Made by a program: the position numbers and the translations under genes. The notes beneath the pieces are model-generated. The model saw only the letters and a list, made by a program, of their open reading frames with translations. It searched no databases and had not been told where the DNA came from. A stretch of DNA of 63,578 bases, the filler included, from Sanchytrium tribonematis (taxonomy: Eukaryota): assembly GCA_018985235.1 (NCBI GenBank). It is 19 parts of 19 records of this genome, joined end to end, with 100 filler letters (N's around TTAATTAATTAA, not from the genome) between each part and the next. Parts side by side here need not be neighbours in the genome. Positions count along the whole stretch, not along the records: positions 7,488 to 26,767 come from JADGIG010000104.1; positions 26,868 to 29,257 come from JADGIG010001058.1; positions 29,358 to 31,744 come from JADGIG010001059.1; positions 31,845 to 34,223 come from JADGIG010001060.1; positions 34,324 to 36,701 come from JADGIG010001061.1; 14 more parts are not named here. The stretch is one strand, 5' to 3'. Shown here one piece after another: positions 24,522 to 36,801 of the stretch (position 1 is the stretch's first letter; each line of letters starts with the position of its first letter).

Positions 24522-24821
24522 ATCTGTTTGAATTATTCACCCGTGTTGGGTTGATGCTTTTATTTTTATAAAGTGATCAAAATAAAAAAATTAAAAAACT
24601 GCCATCTTGATGCAGCGCAAGGTGTCCTAAAGACTTAAAATTGTAGAATTTATTTAGATATTGTCAATCTTTCCTTCCTTTGAGGAATCTGGAAGCAAAT
24701 CAGATTAATCTAAACCTCAAGACAATTCATAATTTCAAGCATTTTAAAGAAACACGATATTTTACTTATATTTCTCAAATTTTGGTGGCTTTATAAATTT
24801 CTTCAAACTCTTGAATTTTTT

Positions 24822-25986
24822 ATGTTTGAATTTGACAGCTCGGACGACTTAAGCGAGCAATCATATAGTGAGAAGGATTTAAATTCATTACTTCATGAAA
24901 TAGGGACAAAATTACCCACAAAAGAATATAAAATATTAGAATTATTAGGGAAAGGCGGTTTCGCTCAAGTTAGGCAGGGTATTCACGTCAAAACAAACGA
25001 GACAATTGCATGTAAACAGCTTCTACGCAATAAACAGGACAGCAACCGACTATACCAAGAAATATCTATTTTAAGTGCAATAAGCACACATTCTTCTGTC
25101 TTACCATTATTAGAAGTTTTATATAATAGTAGTGAAATATGGCTGATATTTCCACTCGCAGAAAAGGATTTATTTGATTTTATTAGTCATAATGGTAAAT
25201 TACCGGAGGATTTGGCAAAATATTATTTTAAAACTATTGTTGATATTATCGCTTATTGCCACGCTAAAGATATTGTTCATCGGTATATTTTGTTTATTTA
25301 GGGACATAAAGCCTGAGAATATTATGGTGGATAAACGAGGAAATGTAAAATTAATAGACTTTGGATTTGCTGGTGTTGCAAAGAATTCTAAAAAATTAAA
25401 AACGTTTGTTGGATCTCCAGAATATGCAGCACCAGAGATTCTAAACTGCCAAGAATATGATGGAACAAAAGTGGATATATGGTCGCTTGGTTGTATATTA
25501 TACGTCATGGTAGTTGGCAAAGCGCCATTTCAAGGAGAACCATTCAGGATTTACGAGAAAATAATGAATACTGACTTTGAGCTGCCGTCGGATCTCAGTC
25601 AGGATTGCCAAAATCTTATAAGGAACACTTTGAAAAGAGATGCAGATCAGAGATTGACAACAGATGAAATAGCTCGACACCCATGGATGGCAGATGACAA
25701 ACATTCTATAAGTTACAAAAGAGCACTTGTTGATTCAAATTCGATACAAGCGGCCAAAGAACTTTTAAGCGCCAAAGAAACTGAACGGACGTCGAGGCCG
25801 AGTCGCATATTTACTGTAGCTTATCTTTTGCAAGAGAAGAAATTGAATGAAGAAATATTAATGTCTCCCAAGGAGAAATACAAGACTTTTTTTAATGCTC
25901 GAAATTCATCCAAATCACTAATAATAGAAGAGCCCAAAGAAATACTAAAAACCACAATTGTTGATATAATAAATGAGGAAGATTGA
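24822..25986 (+). CDS. CAMK-group (SNF1/MARK-like) Ser/Thr kinase, two exons
   Basis: LGKGGFAQV, IACK, spliced HRDIKPEN, IDFG, TFVGSPEYAAPE, DIWSLG. Confidence 0.9.
25283..25301 (+). other. 19-nt spliceosomal intron GTATATTTTGTTTATTTAG
   Basis: Splits the Arg codon of the HRD motif (CG|G); removal restores HRDIKPEN. Confidence 0.95.
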
Positions 25987-26232
25987 ATTAATTTTAAATT
26001 TCATACGTAATTCCGCAATTTTAAAATTACTGTAATAGCTGGTGACATGGATGTCAAACCAATTTAGTGGCTTTTGAGGTTGGTGAAGCGTCAGAGCACT
26101 ATAAAAGCAATGATTGGACTTCATCAGAAACTTCTATACCAATCCAATCAAAAATACCGCTTCCATACTATTTAAACAAACAAGTAATTTCTTGGCCAGT
26201 CGTTTTATACCCCAAATATACCATTTCTATTA

Positions 26233-26610
26233 ATGAGTCAAGATAAAAAGACCGACCAGAATGATTTATTTTCCCCAAAGTCAAAAGCTGTGTTCAAGAA
26301 ATCTCCTGCTGGCACCATCGTTACCACTGAAGAAAATGAATCGGTGATACATCCTCTAGCATATGAGATTCATCAGGCCATAACACAACATGAAGGTGAA
26401 GAAGACACACAATATTCCTATAAATGCTCTGAAACAGGATGCGAACGAAAATTCAAATCCGCATTTGAGAGAAATCGACACGAACGAAATGTCCATTCTT
26501 CACCGGAGCCATGTCCATATTGCAAGAAAATGTTGAAAACAAAAGGCCGAAAAGATTTAATGCAGAGACACCTAAAATCATGCACAGCTTACAAAAATAT
26601 TCAAAAATAG
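26233..26610 (+). CDS. Small C2H2/C2HC zinc-finger protein
   Basis: CSETGCERKF...RHERNVH and CPYC...RHLKSC. Confidence 0.8.
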   Translation: MSQDKKTDQNDLFSPKSKAVFKKSPAGTIVTTEENESVIHPLAYEIHQAITQHEGEEDTQYSYKCSETGCERKFKSAFERNRHERNVHSSPEPCPYCKKMLKTKGRKDLMQRHLKSCTAYKNIQK

Positions 26611-26867
26611 GATACCACAATGACCATATACCCCCGAATAGCTTTCTCCAAATGAAAGCGCATACCATTTATACCGGATTGTGAATAAATAACAATTACA
26701 AATAATCCATATCCTTTTTATTAATTTACAAAATGCCAAGTACTTTTCCACTGTAAATGTTTTAACTNNNNNNNNNNNNNNNNNNNNNNNNNNNNNNNNN
26801 NNNNNNNNNNNTTAATTAATTAANNNNNNNNNNNNNNNNNNNNNNNNNNNNNNNNNNNNNNNNNNNN

Positions 26868-29257
26868 CAAGATGGAACAACGAAATCGTCAGTCCATCCA
26901 AAAATTCTATCATGCTTTAGTCGAAAGTCACAAAAAGTGCAATTTTGATGAAGACTATAAGACATGCAAGACATTTTTCCGAAAATTTTGCTCTTCGTTG
27001 AAAGATAAAAGAATTGAAAGATCAATTGCAACGGAATATACAAGAGACAGAATTAAGACTGTCAGAGATGCATATGAACTAGCAATTACTCTTGAATCAG
27101 ATTTTGAACCCTCTCATGATCATAAGAAAAAGCGAGACCATAAGAAAAAGCGAGAAATTAGGAATAATCTATTCCCGTTCTTATTTGACACTGGTGCTAG
27201 CCATAGTTTTTTACCGATTAAGATTGCCCAAGATTTAAAACTCCCAATATCTAAATCAAGCCACACAAGCTCGACTTTAGTTAATGGTCAAGGAGAATTA
27301 AAATCTTAGGAGAAGTATCCGCAAATGTCTGCTTTGATTTGATTCCGTTACGAATTAGATACCGGAAACGAAAAATCGACTATTATTGGTAGAGACAGCA
27401 TGTTTGAATTTCAAATTCGAATCGATTTTGATTCTGAATTCGTATGGGTGAAAGGACATCCTATAAGAATGAATCGATCTGATGACGAATCTGCTATTCA
27501 CACTAATGTCATAAACTACATCCATTCAAAACGACCAAATCCATTTAAATTTCAACACCTGCAAAAGAATTCAAGCCATGAGTATGATGAGTTTACTAAG
27601 GATATTATAGTACCCGAATATAAGGACTCAAACAATACTCCTGAGCATTTGAATATAAATCCCGAGCTAGCTGAGCGTACAGCTCTGTTACAAATGGCAA
27701 GCAAATTCTTAACCCTATTTGGTAAGGAAACCACTAGTCGAGTTAAAATTCGCGATCACATTCGGACAGAAGTCACCAAACCTGTCAGAGCAGGAATTCC
27801 TAAACTAAGTCAAACCGAAATTGTCATTGTCAAGGAAGAAGTACAAAAGATGTTGGAAAACGGAATTATCGAACCGCCAGATTCAGATTGGAAAGCAGCA
27901 GTGGTGCTGATTCCAAAACCTGATGGTCAAGTGAGATTTTGTGTCAACTACAAGCCATTTAATAAGCATACAAAATTTGATGCTTATCCACTTCCTAACT
28001 TACAAGCTTTATTGCACAGTCTACATGGCGCTAGATACTTTATTGTACTAGACCTTAAATCTGGATATTGTCAAATAAAAGTGGAAGAGGAAGACAAAGA
28101 AAAGACAGCTTTCGTGACACCATTTGGACTTTATCAATTCTTGGTAATGCCTTTCGGATTGTCTACAGCTCCAACTACTTTTCAATGACTTGTTGACTCA
28201 ATTTTTGCAAACAACATTGGTAAAATTATGTTGTTTTATCTTGATGACCTACTAATTTATGCTTCGTTATTTGAAGTACTATTAGATAGGTTCCAGAAGG
28301 TCCTAAACAAATTGGCCTTATATGGACTTACATTCAGTGCTAAGAAATGCTATTTGGGAATGACAGAAGTAGATTTCTTAGGATTTAAAGTATCAACTAA
28401 TGAAATCCAACCAACTGAAGCAAAAATTGAAGCAGTAAAAGCGTTCAAACCCCCTCGGAATATAACTGAAATAAGACAATTTGTAGGATTTGCGAGCTTC
28501 TATAGATGCTTTATCCACAAATATGCCACACTTAGTCAACCCCAATTCGGAATTGGGGCAGTATTAGTTCAGCAAGGCAGACCGGTTTGGTTTGTATCTA
28601 GAAGTCTGAACTCAATCACGATACACGAGAAAAAGTATGCTTGGCTATTCTTTTTGCTCTAGATAAATTTCGTACCTTTGTATATGGTAAACATGTCATC
28701 ATATTTACAGATCACGGAAATCTAAAATGGTTGTTCGAACAAGAACAAACCGGTAGATTAACTAGATGGGTTTGCAAATTACAGCAATACCATCTCACAA
28801 TAGCCTATATACCTGGTAATAAAAATACAGCCGCCGATGTATTAAGCAGATATGGGTATGACCCATCGGTTGAGTTAAAGGCAATGAATTGAAGTTCGAA
28901 GGCAAAGAACATAGAAGAAAAGCAAATTTCTCCTTCAGATTCGGAAGCTAAACCAAATCACATTGTGCTTCAATCATTAGAATCTGTTGACTGGAAATTG
29001 GAATAAAGCAGAGATTTAGCTTTAATTGCTCAAAAATCAATCAAAACATCAAAACTTGCAGAAGTGGACGGAGTCTTGTACAAATTGAGTAATAACAAAA
29101 ATGAAAATCTGTGTTCCCGAACAGTTAGTAGAGTTCATATTAAATCTATCACATAATAGTGCTATTTTGGGACATGCAGGATCACAGCAGGTATCTATAT
29201 ACTTGAATGATTACTACTTTCCTTCAAAACAATCTAGAATCAAAAATTTTGTCAAAT
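26868..29257 (+). mobile_element. Degenerate Ty3/Gypsy LTR retrotransposon (gag remnant, protease, RT, RNase H, start of integrase)
   Basis: FLFDTGASHSF, VRFCVNY, LDLKSGY, MPFGL, YLDDLLI, FTDHGNL, NTAADVLSR, H-X4-GH; many stops and frameshifts. Confidence 0.93.
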
Positions 29258-29357
29258 NNNNNNNNNNNNNNNNNNNNNNNNNNNNNNNNNNNNNNNNNNN
29301 NTTAATTAATTAANNNNNNNNNNNNNNNNNNNNNNNNNNNNNNNNNNNNNNNNNNNN

Positions 29358-30276
29358 AAGTCAATGAAGCAGGCAATACTGGCACAGTTCCAGTGAGTTT
29401 ATTATTTGCCAAAACAACTTTTTGAATAGTTTGCGGAAATGCTGGCAAAGAACTTATCATGACATTGTCATTTGCAACAAACATAACCAAAACACTTGGT
29501 AGTGCAGGCAAATAAGCGAATTTGTTATGGGAAATGTCCACAGACCTCAAGCTCGTTGGCATTGAAATTGTAGAAATTGAGTTTTGTGTCAGGTTCAATT
29601 GCTGTAAGGAATTCGCATTTGTCAATGTGATAGCAGTAAATCCGTTCATACCACCTAAAAACTGCATACATGTACCTGGAATAACGGGCGTACCAGTAAA
29701 TGTATTGTTTGTCACATCAATGTAAATCATTTTACTGATTGATGGAAAGGCCCCACTAAATCTGTTATTTTGACCATAAAATTGAAGTAGATTGTTCATG
29801 GATGGCAAAACACCGCTGAATTGGTTGTTAAATACGCGAATATACGTGAATGTCAACCAATTTGTAATTGTTCCACTTAATAAATTGTCATTCACAAAGA
29901 TGGAATTGGCAGTATTGGGTGCGGATGTTGGAAATCCACCAGTTAATTTGTTTTTACTCACATCTATAGTCACGATGTTTGACCACCCCGCTGGAATAAC
30001 AGATGGCAGTGCACCAGTAATTTGATTGTCACTTAAATCTAAATTTCTCATGGATGGTAGTCCGGCTGGGAATGTGGTAGGGAGTGATCCCGACAACCCC
30101 ATACCACTAAAATTCACTTGAATAATGGAAGTATTGGTCGGTGCATTGCATGTAACCCCTTTTAATGAACAGCACGTTGCTGCTCCGTATCCTGTTAATC
30201 CCAAATTAGCAGCAAGACCACCTAATGCAGTACACTCTTGCGCGATTGATCCATACGTTATACTGAACAGTAGCAT
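29358..30276 (-). CDS. Secreted leucine-rich-repeat protein, 3'-partial
   Basis: Short hydrophobic leader, Cys cap (CCSLKGVTC), LxxNxLxGxxP repeats. Confidence 0.88.
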
Positions 30277-30315
30277 CACGTCAAAGAAATGGCTTAAAAT
30301 GGGTAATTTATAGTT

Positions 30316-31173
30316 TTATTGAATTTGAAGTGATTTCTTGTCAATAACTGTTTGATCTTGTATGACCCACAAGGTCCCTTCACTATCAAAAACCACCCAT
30401 TTCTCATTTAGATGTCCTATGGTGCCATTTTTAATTTTTAAAGTTGGATGTAAATAAAAACTGGTATCTACGACAGCAGTCATGCTAGTTAGATTTGTAT
30501 TTGAATTTTGAGTGTAAAAATGAACTGTATTTTCACTACTAACCACTAAATATCCATTAAAATGCAAATCATTGATTTTCCCAGCTGTTAATCCTCTTCT
30601 AAATTCTTGATTTAATTCCCCATTACTCAATGAATACTGTCTAATAATAGTCCCACGTTCACTGCATGTGAATATAAACTCATTTGTGCAATATAATTGA
30701 TGGATATCTGATTGATGCGCAACAATACTGAAAAGAGGAGTCAAATTATTAATATTAAAGAGGGTTAAAGTATTTTTGACTGCATATATGAGCCAGGTAT
30801 CCAATAAACGAATTAATGCAGTTGATTTTAATTCTATTTTCTGTATTAATTTCAAATCATTCATGCCATAAATGAATATTTGATTATCTGCAGAAATCAT
30901 CAAATATTGTCGGTTCATTCTCACATCTTTGACCACATCTTTGTATTTTAATTCACCAATAATACTATCTCGTTTAATATTCTTGATGGTAACTTGATTT
31001 AAATGAGCAATAGCCAATAAACTCGTGTTATAAAGTAATTCAATGATCGTAGCACTCATTTGAGAAGTATAGAATGTTCCAAATGGATCAATATTGACTA
31101 GTATGAACCCGGATGTTGTGGTTATGGCACATATAGAGTGATCTTGATTAAATCTGATGAAATTAAAATTCAT
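30316..31173 (-). CDS. ATG18: Atg18/WIPI PROPPIN
   Basis: FNQD, AHQSDI, SERGTIIR, EFRRG phosphoinositide-binding motif. Confidence 0.85.
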   Translation of the reverse strand: MNFNFIRFNQDHSICAITTTSGFILVNIDPFGTFYTSQMSATIIELLYNTSLLAIAHLNQVTIKNIKRDSIIGELKYKDVVKDVRMNRQYLMISADNQIFIYGMNDLKLIQKIELKSTALIRLLDTWLIYAVKNTLTLFNINNLTPLFSIVAHQSDIHQLYCTNEFIFTCSERGTIIRQYSLSNGELNQEFRRGLTAGKINDLHFNGYLVVSSENTVHFYTQNSNTNLTSMTAVVDTSFYLHPTLKIKNGTIGHLNEKWVVFDSEGTLWVIQDQTVIDKKSLQIQ

Positions 31174-31213
31174 GTGTTTCAAAAACAAATTTGCGAGGAT
31201 CAAACAACAGAGA

Positions 31214-31744
31214 ATGACGGATGTTGAAAATAAACCAATGGAATCTTTGAATCGATTGATTAAATCATATGTATTACAGAGTAAGCATATGGAGCAGCAT
31301 CATGAATTAACATCAGACGGATGGATTCCAATTCAATTAATTATGGGATTTGAGAAAATGAAGGGATTTACAATGAATGATATTGTGACTGCATGTTTAT
31401 ATGATGCAAATATTGTATTGAATGATAATTATACATGCATTAAATATACTGAAAAGAAGAAGAGATTGCCAGAAGATTTAAACAAAATCATAGTAAAATG
31501 CAGTTGTCCTGTGCTTGACAAGTCTACATTGAAGAGGATATTTGAAGAATATTGTAAAGTAACTTATATTGATCAACATGTGGATGCAGAACTAGCATAT
31601 ATTCATGTAAATGAAATTAAAATGGAGGATTTAGAGAAACTGCAAAACCAATATCCTTCTTTTAAAATTGACTTGATGGAGATTGGAGAAAAAGAAATGT
31701 ATTTAAAATCATTCAAGAGACGACAATGGGATGTTAAAAAGAAG
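31214..31744 (+). CDS. La-motif plus RRM protein (La/LARP family), 3'-partial
   Basis: DGWIPIQLIMGFEKMK La motif followed by an RRM-like segment. Confidence 0.7.
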
Positions 31745-31844
31745 NNNNNNNNNNNNNNNNNNNNNNNNNNNNNNNNNNNNNNNNNNNNTTAATTAATTAA
31801 NNNNNNNNNNNNNNNNNNNNNNNNNNNNNNNNNNNNNNNNNNNN

Positions 31845-33095
31845 TTTAAGCATATTGGCAAATACCAATGAAAAAAGAGGATATCATAAAAACAGGATTC
31901 ATTACACATATGGGTCATTTTGTGTATAAAAACACGCCATTTGGACTTATGAATGCAGGCAAAACGTTTCAAAAGATTATGGATCTAGTATTTTCAGATT
32001 ACCTTAATCATGAGGTTTTCTGCTACCAAGATGATATATTAATTGCCTTGGATACATAAGAGAGACACCTAGAAATGATTAACAATGTATTCGACTTGTT
32101 AGAAAAATATAATTTAAAGGCATTTTGCAACAAGTGCACTTTTATGTTGAGTGCGACTTATTTGGGATTTTATTTGGATGGTCAAGTTGTCAAACCAGAT
32201 CCAGACAAAGTCAAGCCTATTTTAGATTTTGAATCGCCAACAAACATTAAGCAAATGCAAAGATTTTTAGGTATGGCTAATTACGATCGAGGTTTTGTTC
32301 AAAAATTTGCTATCATTGCTCAGCCAATGTATAAGTTACTTCGCAAAGGAGAGAAATTTTTGTGGGGAAAAGAACAGAATGAGTCATTTGAAAAGATCAA
32401 AGAGTTGATCAAATATCCCATCTTGCTTAAACACGCAGATTTCGAGAAACCATTTACATTAGAAGTGGATGCATGTGGTCATGGAGTCGCAGCAATATTA
32501 GAACAAGACGGACATATTATAGCTTTAGCTTCAAGATTGCTAAAAAATAATGAATTAAGATGGCCAGTTGGAGAAAAAGAGCTTTATTCAATTGTTTTCA
32601 CGTGTACAAAATTTAGATTTTTCATTGATACAAAGAACGACACTATTTTAAAAACAGATAACTTGAGTTTGAGTTATTTAAAGACAATGAAGATTAGTGC
32701 AAAGATTAGTCGATGGGTAATGTTCTTAATGGAATTCAATTTAAACGTATTTTATGTACAAGGATCTCAAAACAAGGATGCAGATCTATTAAGTAGACTA
32801 AATGACAAACTAGAAGATGTTTGTGCAGCGTTCACCAGAGGACAGAAGCGAAAGGCTGAAATTAAGGAAGCCATTGATTACAAGGCTGAATCAGGAAGTA
32901 TTGAATCAGATGCAGACAATTATTCCATAGAAAACACGTCCTTCGAAAATCAAACAAATGATGCTGAATTGACAGTAGATGAAATCAAATCGATGCACGA
33001 AGAAATGTAACATATTGGCATTGACAAAATTTACAAGTACCTAAGAGAAAGAGGATATCCAGTCACGAAAAAGAATTGCGGAGAAGCAACTTATT
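31845..33095 (+). mobile_element. Degenerate Ty3/Gypsy pol fragment (RT, RNase H, start of integrase)
   Basis: PFGLMNAG, YQDDILI, FLGMANY, VDACGHG, EKELYSI, TDNLSL, ADLLSR; in-frame stops. Confidence 0.92.
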
Positions 33096-33169
33096 GATTT
33101 GCAATTTTGGATCAAACATGGGACAGAAATCAAATGCGTTTTTAAACAAGGCACCAGCGTGGTTAAAAT

Positions 33170-33400
33170 CTAACACCCAAAGTAATTAAATAAATTACTT
33201 ACTTGGAATATGGATATATCGTGGACGCAACCTGGATACCCAGCTAAAACATCTAGAATCTTATAGTTAAAATTACACAAAACTTGTGCTTTAACGCAAA
33301 TATCTTTATCTTTGTCAATATAATCAAACCATTGATCACTATCTGGTGTAATAACGTAGATATAAGTACAATCTACAGCCCCAAATACACCATATGGGAT
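33170..33400 (-). mobile_element. PIF/Harbinger transposase catalytic-core fragment
   Basis: GVFGAVDCTYI...AQVLCN...ILDVLAGYPGCVHD, the DDE_Tnp_4 pattern. Confidence 0.85.
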
Positions 33401-33780
33401 ATTATCCAATTCAATTAAATGATATGGTATTAGTACCAAACCCAGATGCTAAAACTAAAATTGATAAAGAATTTGTAGGACCATATAGGGTTGTAGAGAT
33501 TTTTCCCTACGGAAATATACTAACTGATAACGGAGGCCGATTCAATCAAAACCAAGTTAAAAAAATACAAGATAAAATTACAAGTGAAAATGTAGAAAAC
33601 ATCAACGCTCTATACGAACTACCGATGACAAAATCTGGTGGGAGTGTCGCACCCAACACGATAAATCAAAGCGTGATTGGATGTTATTTAGATCAAAATG
33701 ATCTAATTAATCTAGTCAATTCAAAACAAGATCCAAGTCCTCTAATAAGGCTTGGATCCCAATCAGATGATGGCGCATGC
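33400..33780 (+). mobile_element. Gypsy integrase C-terminus (GPY motif), purine-rich tract and probable start of 3' LTR
   Basis: DMVLV...FVGPYRVVE; GGTGGGAG followed by TGT at 33645. Confidence 0.65.
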
Positions 33781-33949
33781 TTAATTTTGGCCTATTTTTA
33801 CTTAATATACATATATCATCTGCATAGCAGAGTATCCAAGTCCCATCTACGCAAATATCGCATCATGTATTGATGAATTTTTGCAGAAACCAAATTGATT
33901 TCTAGGTATATCGAACCAATATATTCCTGTATACTTTTGCGAAGTGTTC

Positions 33950-34062
33950 AAGTGTTGTATTTGGTGGCATTACTGACTGGAATAAGTGGATCTATCTTAC
34001 TTACAATTTCTAATACTGTTTCTTTGCTTAGTCTGTAAGTTCTGACACAATAGTAGGCATTG
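33950..34062 (-). pseudogene. Harbinger transposase N-terminal remnant
   Basis: Hand translation RTYRLSKETVLEIVSKIDPLI matches the Harbinger R(M/L)SKET motif. Confidence 0.6.
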
Positions 34063-34522
34063 TTGTGATGTTAGGCCCTCTGGTGTTTTCACTCATCATA
34101 TACAAGATTATACTCAGTACAGCACATTTAATAGCAAAATGCATTATGTTTGAAGGGTTAATGAAGTAAATACACTAAAATCGATTAAAAAAATAAATAA
34201 GATTGAATTCACGCCTAAATCTANNNNNNNNNNNNNNNNNNNNNNNNNNNNNNNNNNNNNNNNNNNNTTAATTAATTAANNNNNNNNNNNNNNNNNNNNN
34301 NNNNNNNNNNNNNNNNNNNNNNNATTTCGACATGGTATATCGTAAGCTGGGAACCTGCCAAGCAGCAAACACTGCCAAATTTATACCAGTCAATGTGATT
34401 AGAGTAGGATGAAGCCTAAATGTTTTTTGGATAGAGCGAAACCATTGGTAATGATATAAACTCCAGTTTGTACTTCCCGCAAATCCAACCGGGACATTTT
34501 TTTCCTAAAAATCAACAGGACG

Positions 34523-34898
34523 TAGTGTTTTTAGTGTCAGTGTTCGGTACACTAATTGTAGGTACACTTTAGGTACACTTTTTTTATTGTACGGTACACT
34601 GCAATTCAAAATTCTTGAATTGAAATTGAAACATGCGGAAAGCGATCCAAAAAGAGAAGAAATAGACTGAGTGCTGAGAAAATAACCAAGTTAGTATCTT
34701 TATATGCAGATGCTGATATTGCGCAAAATGAATGTAACATGTTAGATGTCATTATGGGCAAGGAAGGATGAAAATGAAGAAGTGGATATCTAAATAAATA
34801 TTTGCAATTTTTATGAAAATTGTACCAATGTACTGTACACTAAATGGTACACTGTACGGTACACTAGTACACTTTTTACGTTACAATTCCAATCACTA
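34523..34898. mobile_element. Non-autonomous hAT-like element (376 bp)
   Basis: Ends TAGTG...CACTA; 8-bp flanks ACAGGACG/ACAGGACC (7 of 8 match); eight subterminal GTACACT copies. Confidence 0.7.
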
Positions 34899-35127
34899 AC
34901 AGGACCTGCTCTGCGAAATCTGGTCTGGTCAAATGTTTGGAAAAAATAAATTTTGACCACTCCAAGTGAATAATTACTCCTCAAGGAATTCTGAGTCTAT
35001 TGTATATTGACTCAAATGTCATATACCCAGCAATTACTACTTACTAGACTGCGGTGAATTCATGTGCTAAATATTTTATAATCTTTATCCATTCTTCTAA
35101 ATTAAATTTTTCATTCTCCCTTGCGAT

Positions 35128-36672
35128 ATGTCTTTTTTAAAGTTTCCACATATTGGAAAGAGCAATCAAAATGATATTACCTTCAAACAAGATTCATTAT
35201 ATGTCAATTCTAATAATGAAAAGAGACTAATTCGCATCCCACAGAGTATCCTCTCTGGATTAGATCCTTTAAAGAGACCAGAGAAATTTGTCCATGTACT
35301 TTATGGTATCTGGAATTCAGGCAAATCCACCATACTGGAACAGATCTCCTTATTTGCAAAATCCAAAGGTTATCTAGTTTATTTTTCAGAGTCCTCTACA
35401 GATCCGAATGCACATTTTCCATCATTTGCAGATTTCAACAAAGACAGCCTAGCACAACTTTTGAAAGTTTTAGAGGAAGCAGTCACGCAGAAGAAGACAT
35501 CCTCTTCCTTTTTAAAGGTCGCAGAAATCTTGCATAATTCAACAACAAATAAGGAAATCATCAATTGTCTATTAGGTTTGGCGCCTATAGTTCCGGTATG
35601 TATAGTTGTAGATAGATGGGATCTACACGAAGAATCTAATCCTGTTTATTTAGCACACAATAGACATTGTATGTGGTTTCTATCTGGTACTGGTTCATGG
35701 AATCCGAAAAGTAAACATACAAGATATCCGAACAACGAGTACATGTCAGTATCATTTTTTGAGACAAATCCAATCAATGAAAATCACTTAAAATTGCTAT
35801 TTAGTCCTCTCATGGATTCAATGGATATATTGACAATTTCAAAGGGTGTTATTGGATTTGCTAAAATAATTTCAAATTGTTCTTCCAAGCAAGAAGCAAA
35901 AGATGTCTTGTCAGATTTTTTCAGAGATAAGGCTATCCATGTTATTGACAAATGGCTGGAATCGAAACAGTTTGCAGATATTAATGATATAAGAAAAGCT
36001 GCTGCGTATGGTACTCCATTAGTTGGTGAAAAATGGAAACAAATTGGTTTTGTTGATTCTAATGGTAATTTTATTCATGATTTATTGCAACAAAGCTTAC
36101 TAGATTTTCGTTTAACAGCTGATGAATTGTTCTTAGCCATGAATGTATCTGAAGTTAGAACAGAAGATGTATTTGAGTTATACGTCGAATATTTATTTGC
36201 CCAAAAATCTACTTTACGAATCTCAAATTTTTCAAAATTTAGCAAAAAAAGAAAATTGGATAATCCTAGAATTAAGTGTTTAGACTGGACTGCACTTCAT
36301 CTCTATAATGGGAATAAAGGCACTATTAAAGATAGAGTCATGTATAAATTGTCTTTCAACCGTCAATTTCCGAGTATTGACTTTGTTTTATTAATGGATA
36401 ATACTTATTATGGGATCCAGGTTTCTATCACTCCAACGAGAGAAGAGCATGATCAGGGTGAAAATTCTTCTGTTGATGATCGCATCCAAACGGCAAAAGA
36501 AGCATTGAAACTAAATGAAGAAGATGAAATGATATATGTTTATTTATCTTTAGATCAGTTTAAAGTCGCTACAGACAATTATTTTGTGCCGCTAAATCGC
36601 GATTATCTGGATGCGAGTGAAGGTAAGGATGATAAATGTTATCTAAGATTGTTGGAATTGAGATCAGCGTGA
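35128..36672 (+). CDS. P-loop NTPase plus PD-(D/E)xK-like nuclease (Crinkler/RHS-type effector architecture)
   Basis: VLYGIWNSGKST (Walker A), IVVDRWD (Walker B), C-terminal FPSIDFVLL...YGIQVS. Confidence 0.7.
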   Translation: MSFLKFPHIGKSNQNDITFKQDSLYVNSNNEKRLIRIPQSILSGLDPLKRPEKFVHVLYGIWNSGKSTILEQISLFAKSKGYLVYFSESSTDPNAHFPSFADFNKDSLAQLLKVLEEAVTQKKTSSSFLKVAEILHNSTTNKEIINCLLGLAPIVPVCIVVDRWDLHEESNPVYLAHNRHCMWFLSGTGSWNPKSKHTRYPNNEYMSVSFFETNPINENHLKLLFSPLMDSMDILTISKGVIGFAKIISNCSSKQEAKDVLSDFFRDKAIHVIDKWLESKQFADINDIRKAAAYGTPLVGEKWKQIGFVDSNGNFIHDLLQQSLLDFRLTADELFLAMNVSEVRTEDVFELYVEYLFAQKSTLRISNFSKFSKKRKLDNPRIKCLDWTALHLYNGNKGTIKDRVMYKLSFNRQFPSIDFVLLMDNTYYGIQVSITPTREEHDQGENSSVDDRIQTAKEALKLNEEDEMIYVYLSLDQFKVATDNYFVPLNRDYLDASEGKDDKCYLRLLELRSA

Positions 36673-36801
36673 TCATGTAACCTCAACCGAGGCAATGTCC
36701 TNNNNNNNNNNNNNNNNNNNNNNNNNNNNNNNNNNNNNNNNNNNNTTAATTAATTAANNNNNNNNNNNNNNNNNNNNNNNNNNNNNNNNNNNNNNNNNNN
36801 N

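Noticed and set aside
27121..27155. Tandem CATAAGAAAAAGCGAGA duplication in the Gypsy remnant
   Set aside because: Local slippage or deletion scar in a dead element
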